Source: Vicugna vicugna
Lineage: Eukaryota
Assembly: GCA_013265495.1 (NCBI GenBank)
Contig: MU058463.1
Span: forward strand, 2,689,523-2,753,522
Length of the DNA stretch: 64,000 nucleotides
Reading direction: 5' to 3'
Shown: piece by piece, positions 1-12,283 of the stretch
How the letters are laid out: every line of letters starts with the position of its first letter
Position numbering within the stretch: the stretch's first letter is position 1
Translations under genes and position numbers: made by a program
Notes under the pieces: model-generated
Told to the model about the DNA's origin: nothing
Database searches by the model: none
Seen by the model: the letters and a program-made list of their open reading frames with translations, nothing else

Positions 1-1655
1 TTGGCTTTTTTGGAGGCAGGGACAACCCTGTTTCAAAATCAGTGCCTGGAGGAAAACAGAGCCATATGTTGAAGACATTCAAAGGTGAATGACTGAAAAC
101 ATAACACAAAAACTAACAAGGGGGAACATTTTTAACATTACTTTCACAGGGCCCAAAATATTTAATTTTGGTCTTTCGAAGATTCCCTCTAATCTGCAGG
201 TCACAAATGCAGATGATTTTAAAGCACTTACACCTCCCATACTCCCCTGCGGCCCCACCTTTCATCGGAGCTTGGGTTGCAGCATCACTGGGTCTGACTG
301 TTAGTAAGACTTACTGCCCATATCTCAACCACCCGTCACTGCAAACAGACATGACACCTAATCCTGTGTTTCAAAAGTCAAATTCAGAACAACTCCAGAA
401 CCTTCTAGTTTGTTTCTTGACTCCTACGGGGTCATATTAGTTCACACAGATTCTTCACTTTGTTTCAATTCCCCAGCACCAGGAAAAGCTGCCCTGATGG
501 CTTACTCTACACAATGTGATTTTTTTGCCCCTAGAGGATCCTTATATGTAAGACTTCTTTATAACCAGATGGAGAGAGGGCCACCCTGCATTTCCTATCC
601 ATTCCTTGGTTCTCCATTTTGGTGTCATGTCATCAGAGTGGCTCATTAATCAACACTGGTGGAGTTGATGAGCGTATAAATAAATAATAATTACCGACCA
701 TTTTCACTCTCCCAGGTGTTTATCTGCCCAGGGGCATGATTGAGATGCCAAGGGTATCTATGTCTCTTAGAAATATTTGCTGATGGAGGAACTTACTGGT
801 GGAGGAGAGTCACATGGCTGCTTTGTTTTCAAGGTTCTCCTGGAGGGTTGGTGCAGCTCGGGGCTCTGTGTGGGTTTCCACTGCAAGTGATTACAGACGT
901 GCCATGTGGAGAGTGGACTGGGAGGCAAAATATATGCAGGAAAAGTGGAAATCACCAAGGAAAACGACTGAAGGGGAAATCAATATGAGGGGAAAGGTCA
1001 ACAAGCCTCCTGCTGTTAGTCTGTCAAAATGTATTTAATGGGTTCATTGGACATTTTTCACATTTAAGAAATAGACATGAGACAGGGTTAGCCCGTAATA
1101 ACTTTTTATCTCTCACTTACAAAATCTCTGTTTTCTTTTTCTTTTGAGAATTTTACCTCTGATCTTAGTATTACATTCACACCCAGGGGTTTGAAGCTTC
1201 AACACAACTCTAACGACAAGCCTTTACAACAGAAAATTATTTTCTAAGTAGTTAATTCTGTAATCATAGCCACTTTAATTTATCAAAGTATGATCTAAAA
1301 TATGGTCATTAAAATTCAGTAAGGATCAAATCTGGAACTTGCTATATCCAAGGGTCTAGTTCTGGGTTTGATCTCAATGTATTTATTAAAAGAATTCCTT
1401 ACTTATTCCCTTTTCTATCATCTGTATGATTAGATTAATCTTCAGTTCTCTCCTCTTCAAGCAAGAAAATAAGAGTAATAGATACAAAAAATTTAACCAA
1501 TTTCCAGCAATAATTTTGGTAAAGAACTTTAGAAAATAAAAAGTCTCTCCATGTAAAATCACATTTGTAATTCTTTTTAAAAGTTCTGTGTTCTCACTTA
1601 ATGAATATTCTTTTCTAATACTTTCCATTTTTTTCTTAGTGAATTCAGTCATCAT
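1..1655 (-). pseudogene. Cluster of candidate downstream pseudo-exons (1550-1655, 1403-1454, 797-1020, 315-~480, <1-45)
   Basis: Donors gtaagg, gtaagt, gtaagt and acceptors ttttgacag, ttttcctccag; translations such as MTEFTKKKMESIRKEYSLSENTELLKRI and TDFETGLSLPPKKP. Confidence 0.35.
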
Positions 1656-2373
1656 CTTATTAGAAGCTTAGATTTTTGCATTTTTCTAACAGCTTTAATC
1701 AAAGTACTTTTAGGTACATTAGAAATATAAATTCATTCTATGTTTTCTGAGCTATACAGAGAGATTAAGCTTTAAACATTAACATCTGAAAAATACAGCA
1801 TGGTAGACTTATATATGTTAACTGTTTCTCTTTTAAGACTAAGAAATTTCTGTTCAAGATTTACATTTCCTTTAGTTTTCCATCTTGAGTACCTGATACC
1901 AATTTGGTGAGCTCAGACCAGAATCTTGGCTTTCAGTGAAGATCTACTCCATTAATTTTGGTGAGAAATGCTACAGATGCAACGTGTGGCCTGGGGATTT
2001 TTTTTTAAACTGTCAAGGTTCCTAAGGATCTGGAACTTTCACTTGCTATGGGAGATATGAGCAAAGCTCAATGATATATACATAAAAGAATTTTGAAAAC
2101 TGAAAGTGTTTTGCCATGACACATTGAAATTTGAAATTTCTGACTTTCTATGGATAGGTACCACAAAAGTCAAAATGAAGATTTTTATACTTTTCATTTT
2201 CAGAATATTAAACAGTCATTTATTAGGCAAAAGTGTATTAAATATTTACTCTACACAAGGCACTTTGCTAGATACTGCTGAAACCAAGATGAAGGAACAT
2301 AGTCACTGCCCTTTAGAATGCTTTGTGCAGCATGGAAGCATTGATGTAAACAAAAATTCTGTGACAAGTGCTA

Positions 2374-2927
2374 TGTATTAGTTTTCTATTGCTATATAAT
2401 GAATTGCCTCAAACGTAATGACTCAGAACAACACACATTTATTTTCTTTTAGTTTCTGTGGGTGCAGAGTCTGGACACAGCCTAACTGGTTCCTCTACTG
2501 AGAGACTCACAAGGCTGCAATACAAGTGTCAGCTGGGGCTGCAGGTTTGTTTGAGGCTCAAGGTCACCTTGTAATATCATGTGATTATTGGCAGAACTCA
2601 TTTCCTTGCAGCTGCAGAACTCATGACAACTTGTTTTTTCAAGAGCAGTGGATGAAAGTCTCTGAGCTCAGGAAAGCCCTAAGCTGGCTTTGAAAGCACT
2701 CACCTGATTAAGTCAGGCTCACCCCAAGTTGTCCCTTTAATTAACTCAAAGTTAACTGATTAGGGATCTTTCATTACATCTGCAAAGACCCTTCACTTTC
2801 ACTACTTAACACAATCAAGACAGGGATAGCTCATCATATTCACAGGTCCCAACTACAGTCTTCAAAAGGAGGGGTTCCTACAAGGGTGTGGGTCTCTGGG
2901 CCTCATCTTATAATCTTGCCTACCATA
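2374..2927 (-). mobile_element. MaLR solo LTR (MLT1 family), preceded by an L2 fragment
   Basis: tgtattagttttctattgct...aacaacacacatttatt...ctgcagaactcatg...tgcctaccata MLT1 hallmarks. Confidence 0.8.
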
Positions 2928-4283
2928 TGCTGGAACAGACATATGTAAGAAAGCAGTGAAAAATGGTAAGGTCTAGTAATGGAGAAACAGGGAAAAGAAA
3001 CAGTCATGGGCACTGGTTAACTGGGACAAGCCAGGCTTCTCTTCTCATGATTATTGGGCTATTTTTGTGCCATTTGGAGAGAAAATTCACTTCAAACTTT
3101 ATACAAACAAAGAGCTCCAAAGCTGTATGAGAGAGAGGGTACAACTTGAAAATCACAAGGGTACAATATGTATTTAAATTCAGATGCAGTGGTCATTGGC
3201 CATCAAAAAGGAAAGATTTACACAATGTGGCACTCAAGTGGGAAATTGTACAGCTTCTTGGATAGCAGATCTTAATCCTTTTTAAGTCACTGGCAGTCCT
3301 AGCTTGGGTTCCCTTAGAGACAAAGTTCGTGTAACAATACCTTAGTTCTGAATGTGATGCATGGAAGCAGAGGAGAGGGCCAAGAGAGAGGGAAACAGAG
3401 AAGGAGGGAAAGCTGACTCAAAAGTGTGTCTTGAGGCCTAAGAGACCATCTAAGAAACACTATGAGATGGAAATCAGAATTTTTCCTTTGGGAATGAAAC
3501 AAGGAAGCCTTGTTCTACTGATCAGTGTGATGTCCCATGGGTCTGAATGTCAAATGAACACAGATGGTTTCAGAGAAAGCCCAGAGTGGAGGGGAAGGAG
3601 CGAAGGGTGTGCCCTGAGGTGAAGTGCTTTCAGGTTGTACAAGCACATAGCTGGTCAAAAACTGTGAAGGACTGATGACTGCAGAAGTGTTAGGCATACG
3701 AGGTGGGGCAGAGGTGATCTGAAGAGTATACAACAGGCATTTGATACAGTGGTTCATTGAAAATATAATGAAAACTATGGAGCCACTGCCCAGAAATATG
3801 CAATCCTGGACATACACCTACATACACATGGACAAATTGTACACACTTTGGGTAGCTCTACCCCTGAAGCCCATCCATGTACCCCAGAATAGGAACTTCT
3901 GTTTAAGGTGCTAATTAATTTAAGGAAAAGATTTTAACAATATGGTATTCATGTGGGAAACAAACAAGAGGTGTGCCTTGTTTAAATAGTTGCCCCCTTT
4001 CCTCTATGAAGCACTCTCTTTGAAAACATTCTTCTATTCTTGAAAAAAGCTCAGTTCAACATCTATTAATCCCCTTAACAATACGTGTGAGTGTATTCTG
4101 AGTTCACCTGTAGTCACTAGTTGTAACAGCAATAGAAAGAGATGAGAGGGAAGGTTAAAGTGTGGGAAAAGAGCAGAACCCTCTTATCTGAGACTGGAAA
4201 TCCCAGCTTGAGGAAGCTTTCTGATATAAGCCTGTTATTGCTTCACACCAAGGCATGCCAAGAACAATGATAACTTAATTTCT

Positions 4284-4390
4284 TTTTTTAACATTTTTTA
4301 TTGATTTATAATCATTTTACAATGTTGTGTCAAATTCCAGTGTTCAGCACAATTTTTCAGTCATTCATGGACATATACACACTCATTGTC
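4284..4390 (-). mobile_element. Very short 5'-truncated young L1 3' end
   Basis: Reverse complement of the same 3' terminus seen at 7680-7780 and 11920-12020; perfect 17-bp TSD atgataacttaatttct at 4267-4283 and 4391-4407. Confidence 0.95.
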
Positions 4391-5156
4391 ATGATAACTT
4401 AATTTCTGACTCTGACTTTGCTAGCAATAATTACTGTAGACAGAAGGACCAGTAAGATGATGTTTACATGTGTAATTATCATACATTGGTTTTGTTCTAT
4501 ACTAGAGCCATCATCTGAACTTTTATGCAGCCAGCCACCTCAGTCAGAATGGGATGGAAAATGTGTAAATGGATCAGTGCAGTGTCACAAAATTAAAAGG
4601 GCAAACTGAAAGCATTTTCCTTCTTCAGAAATGGATACAAATGACTGCACACTCACTCACATCTAGGTGAAATAACACATCAGTTGGCAAGATGAAAAGA
4701 AATCTCACTAAAATCTTAGCTAAAGCAAAGGTAAAAAGGAAACTAGAATGAAAGTAAAGTGTGCTGATACAGCAGTCAATAAATATAAATATACAGTCAT
4801 GCCAAAAATAAAGCAAATTGTTAAGAAATGATTAGATTTCCTCTTGAGACCCCCATCAGATGTCCAATAAAAAACAGCAAAGAGAGAAAAAGAGAGCTCT
4901 CTGACATCAGATATGGATTTGAGTATAGATCTGTTGTGGTTATTTGTTCTTTTCCATCTTTTGTGATGAGTGGAAGTATTGAAATTTTGAAGATGTAAAA
5001 GTAGCTAAACCATTAGCTGTGTAATGATTTTGGAGTCCATCAGAGAGGAAATGAGAATTACTATCCAAAATCCCGTATTAGTTTCTGGATATATATTATG
5101 AATATCAAAATTTATAGTTGATACAACTATTCAAATCTCTTTGAAAACTCATTCAC

Positions 5157-5526
5157 CATTCATTATCTTTATAATTCTTTTTAGAAAGCCAAATATCTCA
5201 TCATGACCATGGAGAATGGAGTGTGAATCTTCTTCCTCCTTTCTTCATACTCCTGTGACTGACAGGACTGAAGGGTTTCTGTGGAAGTGGGGAATTATAT
5301 GAGAAATGCCTGCCTTTGGATTGTGAAATGCTCCAGAACCAACCTTAGCATTCCGGGCAAATGCAGCCCCTTTCAAACCAAACTGTAGCCAGCTGTTCCG
5401 ATCTTCTATGTCACCTCCTTGAGACTGATCCTCAAATCAACCCGTCAGTATGTTAGAGATATTTTCCCATCTCCACCTCTAAGCTACCTACAGTGATGCA
5501 GGAGCTCACATCCAAGTAACTGTCGC
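5157..5526 (-). pseudogene. Candidate downstream pseudo-exon
   Basis: GC-richer non-repeat block in AT-rich flanks; acceptor ttacctatag, donor gtgaat; several stops; no recognisable homology. Confidence 0.35.
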
Positions 5527-5674
5527 CTATAGGTAATAAACCAAAACACTTTGCTGTCTAATCAATATAGAGGATGAATTGATATCCTTAAGTGAAGCAG
5601 AGATACTGAAGATGTTGAACATCATGAGACAGAGACACTCAACTATCTTATAAAACAAATGAAGCTTAACCACG

Positions 5675-6045
5675 TGCTATGGACTAAATGTCTGTGTCTC
5701 CCTGCCGAATTCATATGTTGAAGTCTAATCCTCAATGTTTTGGGAGGTGGGTTGTACAAGGTTTTTAGGTTTAGATGAAGTCATGAATGGAGCCCCCATG
5801 TTGGAATTTCCCCTTGTAAGAAGTGGAAAATACCAGAGCTCTCTCTCCCTCTCTTCACCATATAAAGATACAACAAGAAGGTGATCATCTCCAAGCCAGG
5901 AAGAGGGCCCTCACTGAACATCAAATCTGCTGGTATTTTGATTTTTTGAACTTCTCAGTCTCCAGAACTGTGATAAACAGGTATTTGTTGTTTAACACTC
6001 AGTCTAGAGTATCTTGTTAAATCAGCTCAAACTGACTGAAGCACC
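5675..6045 (+). mobile_element. MaLR solo LTR (MLT1A-like)
   Basis: tgctatggactaaatgtctgtgtctccc...ttcatatgttgaag...gaagagggccctcac...tctccagaactgtga. Confidence 0.85.
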
Positions 6046-6196
6046 AACTTTAGTTTACAGCAGGAAACATAATAAGAACTATTTTTACTAAGTATTCACT
6101 GAATATTGAACACACTACTAAGGGCTATGCATATATTAATTCTAAACTTCCTTACAACAATTAATATTTTTACTTTAGACCTATTTGTGTCTATTT

Positions 6197-6660
6197 TTAT
6201 TTTTATTTAATTTATTTTTTTATTTTAATGAGAATAAAAAGAATTTTTTTTTTTGAGCCAAACTGAGGAGTATAGCCTGGGAGACACAGATTAAAGAAGC
6301 ACTTGTATTATTTTCCACTGGAATATAAAATGGGGGAGGCTTATAAAAGCAAGATCCTTTATAAGTTAGAAAATTACATAAGATGTTTGTCAAGAACTAG
6401 GATTGGAGCTGGCAAGAAGAAAAGATACTTGTTAAGCAAGGATGGGTTGGGGTCTGAAATGGTTGCACAGTTACAAGCTGCTACAGCTGTTAGCAGGTAC
6501 TGTTTTGAGGGCAGCTGGTGGTATCCTTGAGTCTGATACAGTTCAGGACATTCAAGTCCATGCAGGAATATCCCTGAAACCATGTCCACAATGGCCACTC
6601 AGTTTCATTTTGGATGCCTGCACGACAGTTTCCCCATTTTGATTTTTTGTTTGTTTTATT
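6197..6660 (-). mobile_element. L1-mediated processed copy of an ERV1-like transcript 3' end (PPT-U3-R-polyA)
   Basis: TSD tatttgtgtctattt at 6182-6196 and 6661-6675; purine tract aaaatggggaaa followed by c-TG; TATA-like box; A-rich tail; no U5. Confidence 0.7.
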
Positions 6661-7035
6661 TATTTGTGTCTATTTCTAAAGTGTGCTTCTTGCAGCCAGC
6701 ATATATTTGGCTCTGATATTTAATCTAATCTGACAATTAGCATTTTCATTGGAGATTTTATATCCTTTACCTATAATGTAAATCATTGCCATAGTTAGGT
6801 TTAAAATGATTATTTTGCTGTTTTGTTGCTTTATTTGTCCCATCTGTCCTTTCCTTTATTCTCTTTTCAAACTCTTTCAGATTGAGTTTGATTTTATGAT
6901 TTGTATTTTATTTGCTTTGTTATTAGCTATGACTGTTTTATTATTTTTGTGATTGTATTATGGTTTAATGTGTATGCTTTAACTTAATCACAGTCCACCT
7001 TCAGGTGGTTTTATATCATTTCATGTATGATAAAA
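6661..7035 (-). mobile_element. Old L1M fragment (inter-ORF / ORF2 start), antisense; continues left of the ERV retrocopy
   Basis: tctaaagtgtgcttcttgcagccagcatata...tctaatctgacaat...tttacctataatgtaa pattern typical of antisense L1M. Confidence 0.7.
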
Positions 7036-7065
7036 AAACATTTTAATTTCTCCTCTCCTGACCTT

Positions 7066-7125
7066 AGTACTTAGAACCTTGTGCATGCTAAGTATGCACT
7101 CTACCACTGAGCTATACCACCCTCC
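7066..7125 (-). mobile_element. tRNA-Ala-derived SINE (camelid vic-1 type), degenerate
   Basis: Reverse complement ggtatagctcagtggtagagtgcatacttagcatgcacaaggttct. Confidence 0.85.
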
Positions 7126-7332
7126 TCTTTCAACAAATTTGACTTTCCATGCATAAGGTGAGCAGCACCAGCAGCAATGGTGAATGCATCTGGCGTTAAG
7201 CAGCATAGTGAGGTTATACTTTCTTCATATGTGGGACATTCACACCTCTCCGCAACTAACTTTCCTCTCTTTGCTTTTATCAAGTGATGTTGTACAGATC
7301 CCTGATGTGATTGGATTCTTTGATAGATTTTC

Positions 7333-7788
7333 AACATAATGCCATTTGCAGCAACATGGATGCTCCTGGAGAATGTCATTCTAAGTGAAGTAAGCCAGAA
7401 AGAGAAAGAAAAATACCATATGAGATCGCTCATATGTGGAATCTAAAAACCAAAACCAAAAAAAAATAAAATAAAATAAAACAAAAAAGAACAAAGCATA
7501 AATACAAAACAGAAATAGACTCATAGACATAGAATACAAACTTGTGGTTGCCAAGGGGGTGGAGGGTGGGAAGGGATAAACAGGATTCTAAAATTGTAGA
7601 ATAGATAAACAAGATTATACTGTAAAGCACAGGGAAATATACACAAAATCTTATGGTAGCTCACAGAGAAAAAAATGTGACAATGAATATATATATGTTC
7701 ATGTATAACTGAAAAATTGTTCTCTACACTGGAATTTGACACAACATTGTAAAATGATTATAAATCAATAAAAAATGTAAAAAAAAAA
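7333..7788 (+). mobile_element. 5'-truncated young L1 (ORF2 end, 3' UTR, polyA)
   Basis: Closely similar to 11593-12020; AATAAA plus A tail; imperfect TSD agattttca / agaattttca. Confidence 0.95.
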
Positions 7789-8475
7789 GAATTTTCATAT
7801 TGGTTAACTAAAGGAGACCTGAAGTTTAGAATAGCGATCTCCTTACATTATGTCTCCTTCTATTAGTGGGAAGAGAGAAGATCGACTAGGTTTGCAACCT
7901 CTATACCTGCCATAGTTAGGGAATTAATTCTTGAGGGAAATTGAGCCCTGTCTTGAAGGAGTAGGTTTTCTCTCATCCCATCTCTGCAGGGGGTAACAAG
8001 GTTATTTATCTTCAGGTAAATGCCCTCTTGCAGCTTCTACCTTTCACAACAGCATATCAACACAACTCCTTGCTCAAGTGTGTTATTGAAATATGGAGTT
8101 TTGATCTTAACTCACAACATAATGTCACTGCAATTTAAGTTCTCCCTAGGAAGTAAATTTCTGAATTTTTTGCTACCCTACACATCAAAAAATTTTGGTT
8201 GAAAGGAACAATATGGGAGAATGACTTAAATAGTAAAACATCTGTCCCAGGATTAACCAAATAAGGAGTTGACCTCTGCATAGAATTGCATTTACTAATA
8301 GAAAAACCTGAAACTCCTCACCTAAGCAATGTGAGGATTCTGGTAAGGATGCTATTTGTTACATCATACAATCTCATTTCAATGAACATACACATGATAA
8401 AATCTCATCTAGCCCAAAAACCAAGACTAGTTGTGTTTTACTAGGAAACTGAATTGTATTATTTTATTAAACACA

Positions 8476-8603
8476 TTTTATGACCATGTTTCCATTTCTT
8501 TCTTGATTGGTGGAAAGGTCAGGGTCATAGTGGTAGCCCCAGCTAGCAATGTAAAAGACATATATGGTATAGATTTAGCCAGAGTATAGTCATTCTCAAT
8601 AAT
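8476..8603 (-). pseudogene. Pseudo-exon IIENDYTLAKSIPYMSFTLLAGATTMTLTFPPIKKEMETWS
   Basis: Acceptor aacctacaag. SFTLLAG matches the recalled RGSL1 C-terminal motif LRFTLLRG at the expected position in the chain. Confidence 0.55.
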
Positions 8604-8619
8604 CTTGTAGGTTAAAACT

Positions 8620-9901
8620 TTCCATCAACTTTCAAAATGTATGTATCAAGATAGTGTAGTATTGGCATAAAGATAGATGTATAAATCAATGAAACAAAAT
8701 TGAGAGTTAAGAAATAAACTCATATTTATGGTCAATTGATATTCAACAGAGGTACCAAGATAATTCAATGGGGAAAGAACAGTCTTTTCAATAAATGGTA
8801 CTGAGAAAATGAAATATTCAAATTTAAAAAGATGAACTTAGTCTTTATCTCCCTTTAGAAAAATTTCCATATACACTATATAGAAAAATTAACTCAAAAT
8901 AGATCAAAAACCAAAATTCCAAGACAGATTTTAGAATAAAACATAAAAAAATGTTTGAGACTTTGAGTCAGCCAAAAATTTCTTAGATATGACACTAAAA
9001 GCATGAGCAATATTAAAAACTTAATAAATTAGACATCATCAAAATTAAAAACTTGTACTTCAAAAGACATCATCAAGAAAGTTAAAAAAAACCTAAAGAT
9101 AAAATTTTTGTAAGTCATATATCTGATACAGAACTTATATAAAAATATATAAATAATGCTTACAATTCAATAAGAAGAAGACAAATAACTCAAGTAAAAA
9201 ATGGATAAAAGACTTGAGTAGACAGTTCACCAAAGAAGATACAAGAATGACTAATAAGTGCATGAAAAGATGTTCGACATTATTAGTCATTAGGGAAATG
9301 TAAAGCAAAAACAAAATGCTATATCATAATCAAAAAGAAAGACAATAGTAATTGTTGGCAAGTACATGAAAAAAATGGGAACCCCCCCAAATTAATGATG
9401 ACAATATAAAATAGTGCAGCCACCTTGAAAATAGTTGGGCTGTTCCTCAAAGTGCCAAACCTAGAGTTGCCATATGACCCATTCCCGGGCATCTACCCAA
9501 AAGAAGTCAAAATAGATGATCATAAAAGGAGTGGTACAAATGTTCAAAGCAGCATTATTCATGATAGCCTAAAAGTGAAAACAACCCCATTATTCATGAG
9601 ATGAAGAAAGAAACAAGATGTAGCATGTCTGTACAATGAAGACTATTCAGCAATAAAATGGAAAGAACTTTGATGTATACTATAATGTGGATGAACCTTA
9701 AAAACATTATGTTAATTGAAAGAAGCCAGACACAAAAGGCCACATATTGTATTTTTACAATTTGTACAGAAAAGGTAAGTCTATGGAGACAGGAAATAAA
9801 TCAGTGGTTGTCCAGAGCTGTGGATAGGGATGAGGATGAACCATCAATGGGCACAGGGGATCTTATTGGGATGACAAAATGTTTCAAAAATGAGTTATAG
9901 T
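8620..9901 (+). mobile_element. Old L1M (L1MB/L1MC-like) ORF2 3' part and 3' UTR, interrupted by a young L1
   Basis: Degenerate ORF2 C-terminal motifs (ggtaccaagataattcaatggggaaagaacagtcttttcaataaatgg..) and 3' UTR; resumes at 12060-12175. Confidence 0.9.
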
Positions 9902-9903
9902 TG

Positions 9904-10123
9904 GCATATAGTGACACTTTTACCTCTTCTTTTCCAATTTGGATCCCTTTTATCTCTCTCTCTTGTCTGATTGCTGTGGCTAGGACTTCCAAGACTATGT
10001 TGAATAGGAGTAGTGATAGTGGGCATCCTTGTCTTGTCCCAGATTTTAGTGGGAAGCTTTTGAGTTTTTCACCATTGAGTCTATGCTGGCTGTAGGTTTG
10101 TCATATATAGCTTTAATGATGTT
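9904..10123 (-). mobile_element. Inverted 5' segment of the young L1 (ORF2 RT region)
   Basis: Minus strand encodes [59 protein letters not shown]. Confidence 0.95.
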
Positions 10124-12064
10124 CAAAAATAAATGGCATTTCTGTACACTAATGATGAATCAACAGGAAAAGCAAGTAAAGAAACAATCCCCTTTAAAAT
10201 AGCACCCAAAGTAATAAAATGCCTAGGAATAAATCTAACCAAGGAGGTGAAAGAATTATACACAGAAAACTATAAACCATTGATGAGGGAAATTAAAGAA
10301 GACTTTAAAAAATGGAAAGATATCCCATGCTCTTGGATTGGAAGAATCAATATTGTTAAAATGGTCACACTGCCCAAGGCAACCTATAGATTTAATGCAA
10401 ATTACCCAAGACATATTTCACAGAAGTAGAACAAATCATAATAAAATTTATATGGAACCATCAAAGACCTAGAATTGACAAAGCATTGCTGAAGAGAAAG
10501 AAAGAGGCTGGAGGAATAACTCTCCCAGACTTCAGACAATACTACAGAGCTACAGTAATCAAAACAGCATGGTATTTGTACAAAAACAGACATATGGACC
10601 AATGGAACAGAATAGAGAGCCCAGAAATGAACCCACAAACTTTTGGTCAACTAATCTTCGAGGAGGCAAGAATATACAATGGCATAAAGACAGTCTCTTC
10701 AGCAAATGGTGTTGGGAAAACTGGACAGCAGCATGTAAAACAATGAAGCTAGAACACTCCCTTACACCATACACAAAAATAAACTCAAGATAGATCAAAG
10801 ACTTAAACATAAGACAAGATACAATAGACCTCCTAGAGGAAAATATAGGCAAAACATTATCTGACATACATCTCAAAAATTTTTTCCTAGAAGAAATAAA
10901 AGCAAGAATAAACAAATGGGACCTAATGAAACTTACAAGCTTCTGCACAGCAAAGGAAGCCAGAAGTAAAACAAAAAGACAACCTATGGAATGGGAAAAT
11001 TTTTTGCAAATGAAACCAACAAAGGCTTGATCTCCAGAATATATAAGCAGCTCATATGACTCAATAAGAAAAAAATAAACAACCCAATCCAAAAATGGGC
11101 AGAAGACCTAAACAAGCAATTCTCCAAAGAAGAAATACAAATGATCAATAGGCACATGAAAAAATGCTCAATATCACTAATTATCAGAGAAATGCAAATC
11201 AAAACTACAATGAGGTATATCTATCACCTCACACCAGTCAGAATGATAATCATTCAAAAATTCACAAATGACAAATGCTGGAGTGGCTGTGGAGAAAAGG
11301 GAACCCTCCTTCACTGCTGGTGGGAATGTAGCTGGGTGCAGCCACTGTGGAAAACAGTATGGAGAGTCCTCAAAAGACTAGGAATAGACTTACCATATGA
11401 CCCAGGAATCCCACTCCTGGGCATATATCCAGAAGGAACCCTACTTCAGGATGATCTGCACCCCAGTGTTCATAGAAGCATTATTTACAATAGCCAAGAC
11501 ATGGAAACAGCCTAAATGTCCATCAGCAGATGACTGGGTAAAGAAGAGGTGGTATATTTATACAATGGAATACTACTCAGCCATAAAAACCAACAACATA
11601 ACGCCATTTGCAGCAACATGGGTGCTCCCGAAGAATGTCATTCTAAGTGAAGTAAGCCAGAAAGAGAAAGAAAAATACCATATGACCATATGAGACCCAA
11701 AAGTGAATCTAAAAAAAAAAAAAACAAACAAAGCATGGATACAAAACAGAAATAGACTTACAGACATAGAATATAAACTTGTGGTTGCCTTGGGGGTGGG
11801 AGGTTGGGAAGAGATAGACTGGGATTTCAAAATTGTAGAATAGATAAACAAGATTATACTGTATAGCACAGGGAAATACATACAAGATCTTATGGTAGCT
11901 CACAGAGAAACAAATGTGACTATGAATATATGCATGTTCATGTATAACTGAAAAATTGTGCTCTACACTGGAATTTGACACAACATTGTAAAATGATTAT
12001 AAATCAATAAAAAATGTTAAAGAAAGAAAGAAAGTTTACTTCACCAAGAACTAAGAAAAAAAAA
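10124..12064 (+). mobile_element. Young L1 forward segment: disrupted ORF2 C-terminal half, 3' UTR, polyA
   Basis: ORF fragments [61 protein letters not shown] with frameshifts; AATAAA at about 12006. Confidence 0.97.
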
Positions 12065-12175
12065 GAGTTACAGTGATGGCTGCACAATTCAGTACATTCA
12101 CTAAAAATTACTGACTTGTAGACTTAAAACAGGTGAATTTTATGATGTGTAAATTACACAATTCAATAAAAATAA
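12060..12175 (+). mobile_element. 3' terminal remainder of the old L1M host
   Basis: cagtgatggctgcacaatt...aggtgaattttatgatgtgtaaatta...caataaa. Confidence 0.85.
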
Positions 12176-12283
12176 TTAAAGATTTCAACAAGTATCCTTA
12201 AGGAGAGAGACCTCAATTGGAAATGCTTGGCACTTGCCAGTCAGCTCCTACAGCCCACAACAAACACACCAGGAAAATGGTAC

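Noticed and set aside
89..304. Plus-strand ORF with KIFNFGLSK and SLGC resembling kinase DFG and subdomain IX motifs
   Set aside because: Isolated, lacks other kinase motifs, and local splice signals favour the minus strand; probably chance.
9801..11981. Cluster of ORFs up to 177 aa
   Set aside because: Frameshifted L1 ORF2 fragments and their antisense shadows, not host genes.
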